Of a stretch of DNA of 64,000 nucleotides, positions 28,574-39,913 are shown piece after piece (position 1 is the first letter of the stretch; every line of letters begins with the position of its first letter). The notes under the pieces were generated by a model, which saw only the letters and a list, made by a program, of their open reading frames with translations, did not search any database and was not told the DNA's origin. The position numbers and the translations under genes are program-made. The stretch is from IMG/VR virus record IMGVR_UViG_3300032820_000002; one strand, 5' to 3'. The stretch is from an uncultured virus (IMG/VR IMGVR_UViG_3300032820_000002). Lineage: Duplodnaviria > Heunggongvirae > Uroviricota > Caudoviricetes.

Positions 28574-31500
28574 ATGGCTGAATTTAAATTAGGAAGAATT
28601 AGATTTATTTGGAAAGGGGACTGGACCGCTTCTACTGTCTATTGGAAAGATGATGTTGTAAGACAAGGTGGCAATACTTATATATGTACTAAAGGATATA
28701 CTAGTACTGCTGATTTTCAAGACGACATAGCAGGTTATTGGAATAAATCATCCGACGGACAAGAGTGGAAAGGTGATTGGATTGTTGCAACATATTATAA
28801 AATTAATGACATTGTTAAAAATGGTGGTTATTTATATGTTGCAAACGAAGGCCATACAAGCGCAGCAACAGCAGAATTAGGATTAGAAAACGATCAATCT
28901 AAATGGGATCTTTTTGCAGAATTTTTTAATTATAATGCAGACTGGGCGATTGCTACTGCTTATAAAATTAACGATATTGTCAAATATGGTGGCACTGTTT
29001 ATATATGTATAACAAGCCATACTTCAGCTGCTACAACAGTTTTAGGTTTAGAACAAGATCAAGCTAAGTGGCAAATTTTTTCAGAAGGTTTTAATTGGAA
29101 AGATAATTGGACCGCAAATTATCGTTATAGAGTTAATGACATTGTCCGCGATGGCGGAATTATGTATGTCTGTATAACAGGACATACTTCAGCAGCTACC
29201 AATGCTTTAGGCTTAGAAGCAGATCAAGCTAAATGGGAATATGCTCACAAAGGAATAGATTATAGATCAGACTGGGCCACAACAACAAGATATAAAGTAA
29301 ATGACGTTGTAAAACACGGTGGCGGCATTTGGATATGCATAACTTATCACACTAGTCAATCTAATTTTACAGTTGATCAAGCAAAATGGTCTCAATTTGT
29401 AGAAGGATTAGAGTTTGAAGATAGTTGGGATCCAGGAACAAGTTATCAACCAGGTGATTTAATAACATATGGTGGTTATTCTTATGCAGCTATTACAAAT
29501 AACTTAGAAAAAAGGCCAAGTGATAATCCTACAGATTGGGATTTATTTACTACAGGTTTCCGTTTTAGACAAGACTGGGGCGATGATAGTACTTTAGAAG
29601 AATATCATGTAGGTGACGTAGTAAGACTAGGTGGATATACTTACTTGTGTATTGCAGATAGTTCAGGGCATCGACCACCTAATGCAACATATTGGGAAAG
29701 ATTAAACAGTGGCTTGTATTGGAAAAATGCCCATGCTGATGCTACAATATATGATGCAGGTGACACTGTAAGACAAGGTGTTAGCAGTTATATTTGTGTA
29801 CTTGGACATACATCTAATACAGGCGTTAATGATCCTGCTAACGATGGCCCAGGTACATATTGGAATTTATTAGCAGGTGGTCCTGAAACTGATGTCTTAA
29901 CTACAGCAGGAGATTTGTTATACCATTCAGGCGCAGGTGCAGCAAGACTTCCAATTGGTGAACCAGGACAAGTTCTTTCAGTTACTTCAGCAGGTAATGC
30001 TCCAGAATGGGCAGCTTATGGCAAAATTGATAATATTTTCTATGCTGATAACAATATTGGCGAAAATGAAGAAGCACCTGGTTATGGTGTAACATTATCT
30101 CGACCTTGGAAAAATCTTAAATATGCCTGTGATCAAATAGATCGCGGTGCTCTAAGACCTAATGCAAAAAAATTATTGGAACGCAATAAAGGCTATATCC
30201 AAGCAGAAGTCAGAGAATATGTTAAATGGAATCATACTGCAAGTAACGCAACCGGAATATGGGTAGGTTATACATGTGATGACCTTGACAAATGTGCTCG
30301 CGATGAAGGATATATTATAGATGCATTAATTCATGATATATCTCATGGCGGCAATAAAAGTATAAGAGATGCTACTATGACTTTTTTCAATGGTGGACAT
30401 TATCCTTATGCAAAAAGATTAATAACAAACAACAAACAATTTATAATAGATGAAGTAATGTCTTGGTTTGATATTACTTATCCAGGTGTACATACAGCAG
30501 AACGACATGCATTTTGCGTAAGAGATACAGGATATAATATTGACGCAATTATTCATGATATAACACACGGTGGACAAGATGAAAGTGTTAGAGTAGCTAA
30601 ACTTTATTGGACTGGTGCTAGTTCTAAACTAGGATCAGGCGAAATAGCTTATGCTCTTGCTGTTAATACGCAAGTACGAGATCTTATTAATAATAACATC
30701 CTTACTAATAGCGGTTCATACAGTCGATATCAAAATAGAGGTAAAATTACTACATCAGGAGTACATGGACGTAGTGCAGCTGATTTAATTGAAGTAGATG
30801 CTATTACAGTTTCGTGTCCAATGGGATCAAAAACATATCCATTGTCGACTAATGCTACAACTGCATTTACTGTTTTGGCTTCAGGTTTAACAGATACTAC
30901 ATTCCAAGTTACTCTAGGAACAAGTGCTATTGCTCAAACTTATGTTAAAGGCGGCGTAGCTATTCCAGGTGCAGGAGCTCAAGTAAATAATAGACTAGAT
31001 ATTCGAAACTTTGACTATAATACTGGAACTGGTATTGCTACAATTACAACTATGGGTGGTGCTACTGTTACAGCTACAGCACACGGTAAAAATCAAGGTG
31101 ATTTAATTGCAGTAGATAGTGTTCTATTAAGTTGTTCTTTGGGACAAAAAACTTATCCAGTAAATAGTTTTTCAACAGCACATTCAACTAATCAAACATT
31201 TGAAGTTTTAGCTTCAGGTCTAACTGGAACTGCATTTGAAATTGACCTTGGAACAAGTGCAATTACACATACTTACGTTAGTGGTGGTACAGTTGTTAAA
31301 GCCGGTGGCGCTAGATTAGCAATTACAAATTTTGTTTATAATGCTGGTACAGGTATTGCTACAGTTACTACAGCAACTCACAGTTTATCAGCAGCCGTTG
31401 ATGTAGAAATACGCGGCGTTGTTATGACATGTACTCATGGAACTAAAGTATATCCAGCAATACCTCATGCAGGAATTTATCCGATAACTAAAGTAGCTGA

Positions 31501-34500
31501 TGCAGATACATTAGATTTTTACTTACCATCTAGTGCTATTGCACATACTTACGTTGCTGGCGGAACAGTAAAATCAGCAACATTAACTAACGTTGGTAGT
31601 TCAACAGCAATTACAAATTTTGTTTATGTTAATGCTCAAGGACTTGCTACTATTACTTCAACAGGACATGGTCTAGCTGTAGGCAATCTTGTTAAAATAG
31701 CAAGCGTTACACTTTCTTGTCCAACTGGAAATAAAGTTTATCCAGATACAAATGTATCTTCAGGTGTATTTTATGTTTATGATGTACCTGATGCTAACAC
31801 ACTTGTTATTGGTATGGATCAAAGTGCTATTGCACATACTTACGTTAGTGGTGGTACTTGTCAAAAAGTTACAAACGCTACAACTGACTCTGTTAATATA
31901 TCAGGTTTTGTATTTGACGCACATTCTGGACACGGATTAGTTGCTGCAAATACTGTAAACTTATTTGGTATTATAACTAATTGCGAATTTGGAACTAAAG
32001 TTTATCCACAAATGCCAGTCTCAGGAATTTATAATGTAAAAGAAGCACCAACTACTTCTACATTAAATGTTTTCCTACCGCCTAGTGACATAGAACATAA
32101 TTATACTTCGGGCGGAACAGTAAAATTAGCAACCCCTACTAATGTAGGCGGTTCAACAGCTATTACTAATTTTGTATATGATAATACAACTGGATACACA
32201 ACTATTACTTCTGCCTCACACGGATTGGCAATAGCTGATTATGTTAAACTAGCTACTATTTCAGTTACTTGTACATTAGGAGGTAATTCAGAAACTATAG
32301 TTTATCCAGATCAGTCTATCATGAATGATCTGAGTTCAGGTTACTTTAAAGTTTATGATGTACCAAATGCTAATACATTTGTTATTGGTTTAGAGAAGAG
32401 CAATATTGTACATACTTATGTTAGTGGTGGTACTTCACAAAAAGTTACAATAGCTACTAGTGCTTCTGTTAATGTATCAGATTTTCTATTTGCTAAAGGT
32501 AGCTCAACCCAGTGGTTTGATGTTGGCGACGGCGAAGCAAGTGCTGGAAATAGAGTAACATACTTAACTAGTGTTATTAGTGATATTACTCAAAATGGTT
32601 TAGGATCTGTTCCTACATCGTTACCTTTGCTTACAAGCATTAACGATGAAATTGATCAAACAAAAGCAGCAGCGGATTATGGTACTACAGTTATTGATGC
32701 TGTATTAAGTAATGCTCTCCCTGCAACCAGTTATCAAGCTAAAACTAGCAGAGGCTACTTAACAACAGCAACACACGGACGAAGCGCAGCTGATTTAATT
32801 GAAGTAAGAGATATTGCAGTTACTTGTCCACAAGGATCAAAAACATATCCGTTAGTTTCAACTACTACAGCATTTTCAGTTCATCCCGGAGGTCTAACCG
32901 CAACCCAATTCCGAGTTACTCTAGGAACAAGTGCTATTGCTCAATCTTATATTAGTGGCGGTACAGTTGTTAAAGCTGGAGGTGCTAGATTAGCAATTAC
33001 AGATTTTGCTTACAACATAGGCGGTAATCATAGTGTAACAGCCGCAACATATACACCAGCATCAGGAGTAATGGTGTTAACTATTGGAACACACAATTTT
33101 CAAGTTGGTAACTATGTTAATATTGCTGCAACAAGTTTAACTTTTACTTGTGCCTTAGATAGTCATGCAACAGAACATAGCTATCCAAGAGCTGGTGGAG
33201 ATGATCCTTCCTATAATACACCCGTTGCAATTACAGCTATAGGTACAGATTCAATTACTATAAATGTTGGTATATCAAGTGATACGTCAGCACATACATT
33301 TGTAAGAGCTACTACTAATTGTATATCGTCAATACCTGCGGCTAATAGTGTATCAGCTGCAACATATGACCCAGGAGCAGGAATATTGGTGTTAACTATT
33401 GGAACACACAGTTACCTAGTTGGTAACTGGATTAGAATTGCTACAGATAGTTTAACTTTTACTTGTGCCTTAAATAGTCATGCTACACAACATACCTATC
33501 CAAGAGCAGGTGGATCTGATCCAGCATATAATGCACCTGTGCTCATTAACGCCGTGGACGCAACAACAATTACAGTACAGGTTGGTATATCAAGTGATAC
33601 GTCAGCACATACATTTGTAAGTGCTACTGATAATTGTATCACAAATGACATTGGAACTGGTATTGCTACAATTACTACAGCAACATCTCACAGTTTATCA
33701 GCAAGTGATACAGTAAACTTATTTGGTATTAAAACTAATTGCGAATTTGGAATTAAAATTTATCCACAAATGCCATTCTCAGGAATTTATCCTGTAACAG
33801 AAGTACCAGATACCACTCATTTAAACATTTTCTTGCCAGGAAGTAATGTAGCACATAGTTATACTAGTGGCGGTACAGTAAAATTAGCAACTCCAAGTAA
33901 TTCGGGTGGTTCAACAGCTATTACTGGTTTTGTATATGATAATACAACTGGATATACAACTGTTACTTCTACCTCACATGCATTAGCAATAGGCGATTAT
34001 GTTAAACTAGATGCTATTACAGTTTCGTGTGTATATGGAAATAAAGTTTATCCAGATACTGCAAACAGCTCAGGAATATTTACTGTTTACGATGTGCCAG
34101 ATGCTAATACGTATGTTGTTGCTTTAGATAAAGGCAATGTAGCACATACATATGTTAGCGGTGGTACTTCACAAAAAGTTACAGTAGCTACAAGTGCTTC
34201 TGTTAATATATCAGGTTTTGTATTTGATCATACGCCTGCTATTACCCAAGTAATAGATACTAGCCTTACAGAAGAAAGTGATGCTCAAACATTAGTTACA
34301 AGTTTAACAGGTATTATGACTACTGCTTTAGGTACAACAGCAACACCAGGAACTTCTACACTTGTTCCAGCAGAACTTATTGCAGGCAATACACTTTTTG
34401 CTAAAACAGGAAGATTTGATGAAACATTACCAATCATTGTTCCTGCAAATACAGCAATAGTTGGTGATGAATTACGTAGTGTTAGAGTATATGCTGCGGC

Positions 34501-37114
34501 AGCAACAGTTACAGATTCAGTTAAAGTACTAGCCGGAGTAAACAGATTAAAATTAATTATAAATGATATTGTTCAAAATACAGCAATTACAAAAACTTCA
34601 GGAAATGCAGAAGCACAGGTTGTAACTAGACCTGCTGGTTCTACAGGTGGAGCCGAAAAAGCGGAAGGATTAGTACAAGAACTTTATGATTACATTGACT
34701 GGGGTGTTAATGGAGCATCAGTTGACTCTACAGTTCCTCAGACTACAGGAAGTAATTTCACAGTAACCAATACAGGATATACATATGCTGTAGAAGTACT
34801 AGAAGCAAATAGAACGTTTATTAAAGCAGAAATTATAGCTTTTATTACTGCTAACTATCCTGCTTATACAGGGTATGCTACAAAATGCGAACGTGATTTA
34901 GACTTCTTCTTAGACGGAGTACAATATGATCTAGTTCATAATACAGGTTCTAGTGGTGTTCGTCCATATGAAGGAAATTATAAAACATTACTTTATGCAC
35001 GTTATTATGTAAACTCTGTATCCGGAAATGCTTTAGAAGACATGTTCTACATGCGTAATGCAACTGGATTAAGAAACATGTCATTAAATGGATTAGCAGG
35101 AACACTAGGCTCTGCTAATAGTTATGGAACAAGTCGACCAACAGCTGGTGCATTTATTTCATTAGATCCAGGTTGGGGTCCAGATGATGATCGTACATGG
35201 ATTTTTAATAAATCACCTTATGCACAAAATGTAACAAACTTTGGTGATGGTTGTATTGGATTAAAAGTTGATGGTGATATACACAATGGTGGTTATGATT
35301 CAATTGTTGCTAACGACTTTACACAAATAATAAATGATGGAATTGGCGCCTGGGTAACAAACCTATCAAGAGTAGAACTTGTTTCTGTATTCACATATTA
35401 TTGTCATATAGGTTATCTTGCAGAAAATGGTGGCAAAATTCGTGCTACCAATGGCAACAACTCTTACGGAAATTTTGGGTCAGTTGCAGAATATAAAGAT
35501 AACGAAGAAATAGCAATAACTGGTACTATAAATAATAGATCCACAGAAGCAAACATTAATCAAGTAATTACAAATGGTGATGATATTTTAACATTTGAAT
35601 TTTTAAATGCTGGGGTTAATTATACTGGTCCAGGCACTACAATTACTCCTTTAGGAGACGGTTTTGGAGCTGTTATAGCTTCGTCGAATATTAAAAATGG
35701 TGCAGTATACGAAGTAAGATTACTTGATCCTGCTAGTAACTTAGGCGGAGCTGATTATGTAACTGCTGGAGGGAAAGCTCAAGGTGGAAATCTAACATCT
35801 ATTACAATTTCAAATACTGATACTGGTACAAATACAACCTACATAGGTATGAATGTATTCATTACTAGTGGAATAGGTGCTGGACAATTTGGATATATAG
35901 ATACATTTAATAGTACATCAAAAATTGCAACTGTCCGAAAGCACAGTGATGATAATGCAGGTTGGGATCATGTTTTAGGTGACGATTCTTCTACATATCC
36001 AACATTAGATGACACAACAACATATATAATTGAACCAAGAGTAACATTTACATCTCCTCCAAGCGGTCATCCTTGGGATGATTGTGCTAAAGGACGAGCA
36101 AAAGTTTCAGATGGAAAAATTGAACACATTAGAATTTGGGATCCAGGCAGTGGATATGTTAGTGCGCCTACTATGACGTTAACAGATCCAAATAATACTG
36201 TTGATGCACCTAACTTAGTTAGAATAGGTAATGGTGTTTTAACACAACCTACATGGACCAATAGAGGAACAGATTTTGAAACTGCTACTGCTACAGTTTC
36301 TGGTGATGGATACGCAGATATGTATCAACCAGGAAATTATATTAGGATGGCAGAAATGTCTGATATTCCTCAAGACGGTGCAAATATCGAATTTGGCGGG
36401 ATAGCTGCAACGTGGTTTAAACTAGTACAAACTACTGGTTTAACAGGAACCCCTGGTACATATACTGGTTTGGTACAAGTTAGTCCTACAGTCAGTGTAA
36501 CAGATGCTCCAGAACACGGAGAAGCTGTAACATTTTCAATAAGATATAGTCAAGTTAGATTAACTGGACATGATTTCCTTGATATCGGAACAGGAGATTT
36601 TACTGAAACTAATTATCCGGGAACTCCAACTATTCCACCAGATCAAACAAAAGAAACTAATGATTTTGGTGGAGGAAGATGCTTCTACACAGCAACTGAC
36701 CAAGATGGTAATTTCCGTGTAGGAGAATTGTTCAATATTGAACAATCAACAGGAATTGCTACCTTAAACGCAGAAGCGTTTAATATTTCTGGATTGCAAT
36801 CATTGCAATTAGGTGCTGTAGAATTAGGAGGCACTGGTGCTGTAATTAGTGAGTTTTCAACTGATGGAACTTTTACAGCAAATAGTGATGAGATTGTTCC
36901 TACACAACGAGCTATTAAAACTTATATTAGTAGTCAAATTGGTGGAGGAGCAGGCGAACTTAACGTAAACAGTATGGTGGCAGGCGTGGTTCAGATAAAT
37001 AGTAATCAAATAACAACCACAACGGGTGTCGCAATTAACATAGCTTCAAGCATAAACTTTCAAGCAGGTGTTTCAGGACAACCACTGGCAATAAACTACT
37101 TTTTAAAAGCATAA
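28574..37114 (+). CDS. Giant tail fibre/adhesin (2846 aa), paralog of 22805-28519
   Basis: Same N-terminus (F-K-x-x-RIRF-x-W-K) and C-terminus (YSQVRLTGHDFLD, TDQDGNFRVGELF); many nested repeat modules. Confidence 0.8.
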   Translation: MAEFKLGRIRFIWKGDWTASTVYWKDDVVRQGGNTYICTKGYTSTADFQDDIAGYWNKSSDGQEWKGDWIVATYYKINDIVKNGGYLYVANEGHTSAATAELGLENDQSKWDLFAEFFNYNADWAIATAYKINDIVKYGGTVYICITSHTSAATTVLGLEQDQAKWQIFSEGFNWKDNWTANYRYRVNDIVRDGGIMYVCITGHTSAATNALGLEADQAKWEYAHKGIDYRSDWATTTRYKVNDVVKHGGGIWICITYHTSQSNFTVDQAKWSQFVEGLEFEDSWDPGTSYQPGDLITYGGYSYAAITNNLEKRPSDNPTDWDLFTTGFRFRQDWGDDSTLEEYHVGDVVRLGGYTYLCIADSSGHRPPNATYWERLNSGLYWKNAHADATIYDAGDTVRQGVSSYICVLGHTSNTGVNDPANDGPGTYWNLLAGGPETDVLTTAGDLLYHSGAGAARLPIGEPGQVLSVTSAGNAPEWAAYGKIDNIFYADNNIGENEEAPGYGVTLSRPWKNLKYACDQIDRGALRPNAKKLLERNKGYIQAEVREYVKWNHTASNATGIWVGYTCDDLDKCARDEGYIIDALIHDISHGGNKSIRDATMTFFNGGHYPYAKRLITNNKQFIIDEVMSWFDITYPGVHTAERHAFCVRDTGYNIDAIIHDITHGGQDESVRVAKLYWTGASSKLGSGEIAYALAVNTQVRDLINNNILTNSGSYSRYQNRGKITTSGVHGRSAADLIEVDAITVSCPMGSKTYPLSTNATTAFTVLASGLTDTTFQVTLGTSAIAQTYVKGGVAIPGAGAQVNNRLDIRNFDYNTGTGIATITTMGGATVTATAHGKNQGDLIAVDSVLLSCSLGQKTYPVNSFSTAHSTNQTFEVLASGLTGTAFEIDLGTSAITHTYVSGGTVVKAGGARLAITNFVYNAGTGIATVTTATHSLSAAVDVEIRGVVMTCTHGTKVYPAIPHAGIYPITKVADADTLDFYLPSSAIAHTYVAGGTVKSATLTNVGSSTAITNFVYVNAQGLATITSTGHGLAVGNLVKIASVTLSCPTGNKVYPDTNVSSGVFYVYDVPDANTLVIGMDQSAIAHTYVSGGTCQKVTNATTDSVNISGFVFDAHSGHGLVAANTVNLFGIITNCEFGTKVYPQMPVSGIYNVKEAPTTSTLNVFLPPSDIEHNYTSGGTVKLATPTNVGGSTAITNFVYDNTTGYTTITSASHGLAIADYVKLATISVTCTLGGNSETIVYPDQSIMNDLSSGYFKVYDVPNANTFVIGLEKSNIVHTYVSGGTSQKVTIATSASVNVSDFLFAKGSSTQWFDVGDGEASAGNRVTYLTSVISDITQNGLGSVPTSLPLLTSINDEIDQTKAAADYGTTVIDAVLSNALPATSYQAKTSRGYLTTATHGRSAADLIEVRDIAVTCPQGSKTYPLVSTTTAFSVHPGGLTATQFRVTLGTSAIAQSYISGGTVVKAGGARLAITDFAYNIGGNHSVTAATYTPASGVMVLTIGTHNFQVGNYVNIAATSLTFTCALDSHATEHSYPRAGGDDPSYNTPVAITAIGTDSITINVGISSDTSAHTFVRATTNCISSIPAANSVSAATYDPGAGILVLTIGTHSYLVGNWIRIATDSLTFTCALNSHATQHTYPRAGGSDPAYNAPVLINAVDATTITVQVGISSDTSAHTFVSATDNCITNDIGTGIATITTATSHSLSASDTVNLFGIKTNCEFGIKIYPQMPFSGIYPVTEVPDTTHLNIFLPGSNVAHSYTSGGTVKLATPSNSGGSTAITGFVYDNTTGYTTVTSTSHALAIGDYVKLDAITVSCVYGNKVYPDTANSSGIFTVYDVPDANTYVVALDKGNVAHTYVSGGTSQKVTVATSASVNISGFVFDHTPAITQVIDTSLTEESDAQTLVTSLTGIMTTALGTTATPGTSTLVPAELIAGNTLFAKTGRFDETLPIIVPANTAIVGDELRSVRVYAAAATVTDSVKVLAGVNRLKLIINDIVQNTAITKTSGNAEAQVVTRPAGSTGGAEKAEGLVQELYDYIDWGVNGASVDSTVPQTTGSNFTVTNTGYTYAVEVLEANRTFIKAEIIAFITANYPAYTGYATKCERDLDFFLDGVQYDLVHNTGSSGVRPYEGNYKTLLYARYYVNSVSGNALEDMFYMRNATGLRNMSLNGLAGTLGSANSYGTSRPTAGAFISLDPGWGPDDDRTWIFNKSPYAQNVTNFGDGCIGLKVDGDIHNGGYDSIVANDFTQIINDGIGAWVTNLSRVELVSVFTYYCHIGYLAENGGKIRATNGNNSYGNFGSVAEYKDNEEIAITGTINNRSTEANINQVITNGDDILTFEFLNAGVNYTGPGTTITPLGDGFGAVIASSNIKNGAVYEVRLLDPASNLGGADYVTAGGKAQGGNLTSITISNTDTGTNTTYIGMNVFITSGIGAGQFGYIDTFNSTSKIATVRKHSDDNAGWDHVLGDDSSTYPTLDDTTTYIIEPRVTFTSPPSGHPWDDCAKGRAKVSDGKIEHIRIWDPGSGYVSAPTMTLTDPNNTVDAPNLVRIGNGVLTQPTWTNRGTDFETATATVSGDGYADMYQPGNYIRMAEMSDIPQDGANIEFGGIAATWFKLVQTTGLTGTPGTYTGLVQVSPTVSVTDAPEHGEAVTFSIRYSQVRLTGHDFLDIGTGDFTETNYPGTPTIPPDQTKETNDFGGGRCFYTATDQDGNFRVGELFNIEQSTGIATLNAEAFNISGLQSLQLGAVELGGTGAVISEFSTDGTFTANSDEIVPTQRAIKTYISSQIGGGAGELNVNSMVAGVVQINSNQITTTTGVAINIASSINFQAGVSGQPLAINYFLKA

Positions 37115-37130
37115 TAATGGAGAAAATGAA

Positions 37131-37448
37131 ATGGCTACAGGAAGATTAGGAACAGCAGACGTAGGAGCAGGAGCATATACTACAGTATATACTTGTCCTG
37201 CAAGTACGTTTTCTATCGTAAGTATCAGTCTTGTAAATAGAGCGTCGCAGTCTGCATTTGTAAAGTTATCAGTATCAGATGCTGCTACACCTACAAATGA
37301 TGAATTTTTAGAATTCAATGTAGAACTCACTAGTAAGGGAGTTTTAGAAAGAACTGGTATCGTGATGGGAGCAGGAAACTTGTTAGTTGTTTATTCCAAT
37401 CAAGCAGGCGTTAGCGCCGTGGCGTTCGGAATTGAAACATCGACATAA
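37131..37448 (+). CDS. Small virion protein
   Basis: 105 aa; LERTGIVMGAG motif. Confidence 0.7.
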   Translation: MATGRLGTADVGAGAYTTVYTCPASTFSIVSISLVNRASQSAFVKLSVSDAATPTNDEFLEFNVELTSKGVLERTGIVMGAGNLLVVYSNQAGVSAVAFGIETST

Positions 37449-37473
37449 ATACATATAACAAAGGATTAATACA

Positions 37474-37806
37474 ATGGGAAGATACATATCAACTACGCCA
37501 GGGGCGGTATCAACTATACGTGAAGTAAGTACTACTTACCAATCTCTACCTAATGATAGAATTATGGCAGACGTTAGCAGTAGCGCATATACTATTACAC
37601 TCCCAGCAGTAGCAGACGTTATTGCAGGTGATGTAGTACAAATAGTAGATGTGTTAAACAACGCGGCTACAAATAATATCACAGTTGGAAGAAATTCTGC
37701 TAATATTAATAGTACAGCAGAAGATATGGTAATAGACGTTAAAGGTTCTGTTACAACATTCACGTATGTTAATGTCACTTACGGGTGGGTTATTACAAGC
37801 GTATAA
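37474..37806 (+). CDS. Small fibre-associated protein
   Basis: TITLP..GD.V.IVD...A.NNITV.RN...GW module common in T4-like fibres. Confidence 0.7.
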   Translation: MGRYISTTPGAVSTIREVSTTYQSLPNDRIMADVSSSAYTITLPAVADVIAGDVVQIVDVLNNAATNNITVGRNSANINSTAEDMVIDVKGSVTTFTYVNVTYGWVITSV

Positions 37807-37821
37807 AAAGAGGAAAGGTTA

Positions 37822-38874
37822 ATGGCGACATTATCTACGTACATAACTGATAAAGCAGAGAATTTTAGTACTCAAGAAGGTAATATAGAAACCGGAAGAG
37901 TTTACTTTTATACTCCTGCTACTACGAGCAATCATTATGAAGATTTTTACTGGTGTGCTCCGGGAGCAGGAACAGCACGAATAGAAATTTGGGGATCACA
38001 AGGCAGTGGTGCACAGATGTGTTGCTGTGGAAACGGTATAGCTGGTAATCCTTCAGCATACGTTGTAAAAACTATAGATGTAACAGGAACTAGTTGGGTT
38101 TGTGGAAAAACTGGTTTATCCTGTGGTAATGGCGGCACATTATGTTATAGAGGTATAGGAACTGGTGCATGTTTTTGTTACTCTGGAACCACTCAAAGTG
38201 GTTGTCTTTGTGCTCAACCTGGTGATGGTGGACGCTCATGGTGCTCACCTAGTCATAGTCCATACTGTTGTTGGTCAACAATCACCGGATCTTGCCCTAA
38301 CGCTTTCCCTAATGGGGTCTCAGGCCAACATGGACATATTGGTTGTAGTGGTTCTTGTGATGCAGGCCAAGGCGCCTGGGGCTCCGGACAGGGAGTAACA
38401 TGTAATACAATTGGAACTCCTGCTTGCGCTTATGCTAGTGAGAGTCCAGTAGCTGGAAAAGACTGTCTTGTTAATGGAGGATTTAGCTGTTCGTCTTTCT
38501 TTACATGTGATAGTGCAAACTTTTGCTATCATCAGTATCATATAAGAACCGCAGCAGGTATATATGGTACATGCGGGGCACTGGTAACATTCTCGAATGA
38601 TCATGATAGTTCTTATTCACAAGGAGGAACAGGAGGGTATATAAGTAATTTTCAATATGCTTTACAAGGAGCATCAAAACATCCACAACATGGATTTCCG
38701 CCATCTTATTGTTGGAACGGAGCAAGACACTGCGGCTGTTATGAAGATCAAGGCTGCCAGGCTTATGCACCTCATGGAATTCCAGGATCTGCTCCTTGGA
38801 CATGTAATAGTGTTAGAGACCATGCAATGCGAGGTGGACATGGCGCAATTAGAATATTATTTAAAGCGACTTAA
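37822..38874 (+). CDS. Cys/Gly-rich putative receptor-binding protein 1
   Basis: About 29 Cys in 350 aa (hand count); IEIWG..GSG and GG.G.IRI glycine-rich frame. Confidence 0.7.
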   Translation: MATLSTYITDKAENFSTQEGNIETGRVYFYTPATTSNHYEDFYWCAPGAGTARIEIWGSQGSGAQMCCCGNGIAGNPSAYVVKTIDVTGTSWVCGKTGLSCGNGGTLCYRGIGTGACFCYSGTTQSGCLCAQPGDGGRSWCSPSHSPYCCWSTITGSCPNAFPNGVSGQHGHIGCSGSCDAGQGAWGSGQGVTCNTIGTPACAYASESPVAGKDCLVNGGFSCSSFFTCDSANFCYHQYHIRTAAGIYGTCGALVTFSNDHDSSYSQGGTGGYISNFQYALQGASKHPQHGFPPSYCWNGARHCGCYEDQGCQAYAPHGIPGSAPWTCNSVRDHAMRGGHGAIRILFKAT

Positions 38875-38887
38875 TTAGGAAAAAAAT

Positions 38888-39895
38888 ATGGCATCTTTAC
38901 AAGAATTAATAAATGACAGAATAGGCGGAACGTATAGCTCAGAAGAAACCAATCTTGACGATGGGGAAATATTTGTATATTGTTCTGGTAGAGAATATGG
39001 ATGCTTTACAAGCTGTTTTTGCTGGCCTGCAAAAGTTCCAGGAACAGCAATTATCGAAATGTGGGGTGCAGGAGGCAGTGTTGGTTGTAACTGTTGCTGT
39101 AATTTTTCCATGGGAGGCGAATCCGGATCATATGCTACTAAAACAGTCCTATTTGGGGCACCAGGTTATGTTTGTGGACAAACAGGACATTCATGTATGA
39201 CTAATGCAGCTTTTTGTTGGCCAGGATGCTCAATGGCTACTTGTGTTATGATCTGCGACGGTATAAACGCCACAGCAACAGGCTGCGTATGTATGTGTGC
39301 TGAAGGCGGTAATGGTGGAGGTCAATGGTGTCGTACTAGTACATCAGCTACTTGTTGTTTGACTTCTTGCTGTTTTCCAGGCGTACCTCAAGTTGATGGT
39401 CATAGCGTAGGATGCGGATATGTTTGTGGTTGTCGAAATACATATCATCATCCAACGGCATACGGCGGCACTACAAACTGTGGTGCTACTTTTGCTTGTT
39501 CTGCAAGTTGGACATGTGATACTTCTTCCTCAAGAAATTATTTACAAAGCTCTAACGCAATACCGTTTGGTACATATAGTTCATGTAAAGCTAATGCTAT
39601 TCATACTGAAGACTCTGGAGGAGCGATGTCGGCTGAACAATCAGGACACGGTCCTTGGAACCAAGTACAAGTTAAAGGAAGTATTCATAGAGCACCTCAT
39701 ATGGGGCATCCATTCTCACCAGGATGTTGGAATTCAAGTAGAATGTGTGGATGCTATGAAACTACAGGATGTATACCTAGAGTTCCACCTGGACAAGGTG
39801 CTACTCATGCATTAGGTTGTCCTGGTGTGCGAGCAGTTGGAATGCGTGGCGGCCTAGGATATGTAAGAATAACATTTAAAGCAACTACACCATAA
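38888..39895 (+). CDS. Cys/Gly-rich putative receptor-binding protein 2
   Basis: About 34 Cys in 335 aa (hand count); IEMWGAGG, CNCCC, CW...MCGCYE..GC, GGLGYVRI. Confidence 0.7.
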   Translation: MASLQELINDRIGGTYSSEETNLDDGEIFVYCSGREYGCFTSCFCWPAKVPGTAIIEMWGAGGSVGCNCCCNFSMGGESGSYATKTVLFGAPGYVCGQTGHSCMTNAAFCWPGCSMATCVMICDGINATATGCVCMCAEGGNGGGQWCRTSTSATCCLTSCCFPGVPQVDGHSVGCGYVCGCRNTYHHPTAYGGTTNCGATFACSASWTCDTSSSRNYLQSSNAIPFGTYSSCKANAIHTEDSGGAMSAEQSGHGPWNQVQVKGSIHRAPHMGHPFSPGCWNSSRMCGCYETTGCIPRVPPGQGATHALGCPGVRAVGMRGGLGYVRITFKATTP

Positions 39896-39913
39896 GAATT
39901 TAGGAAAAAGAAA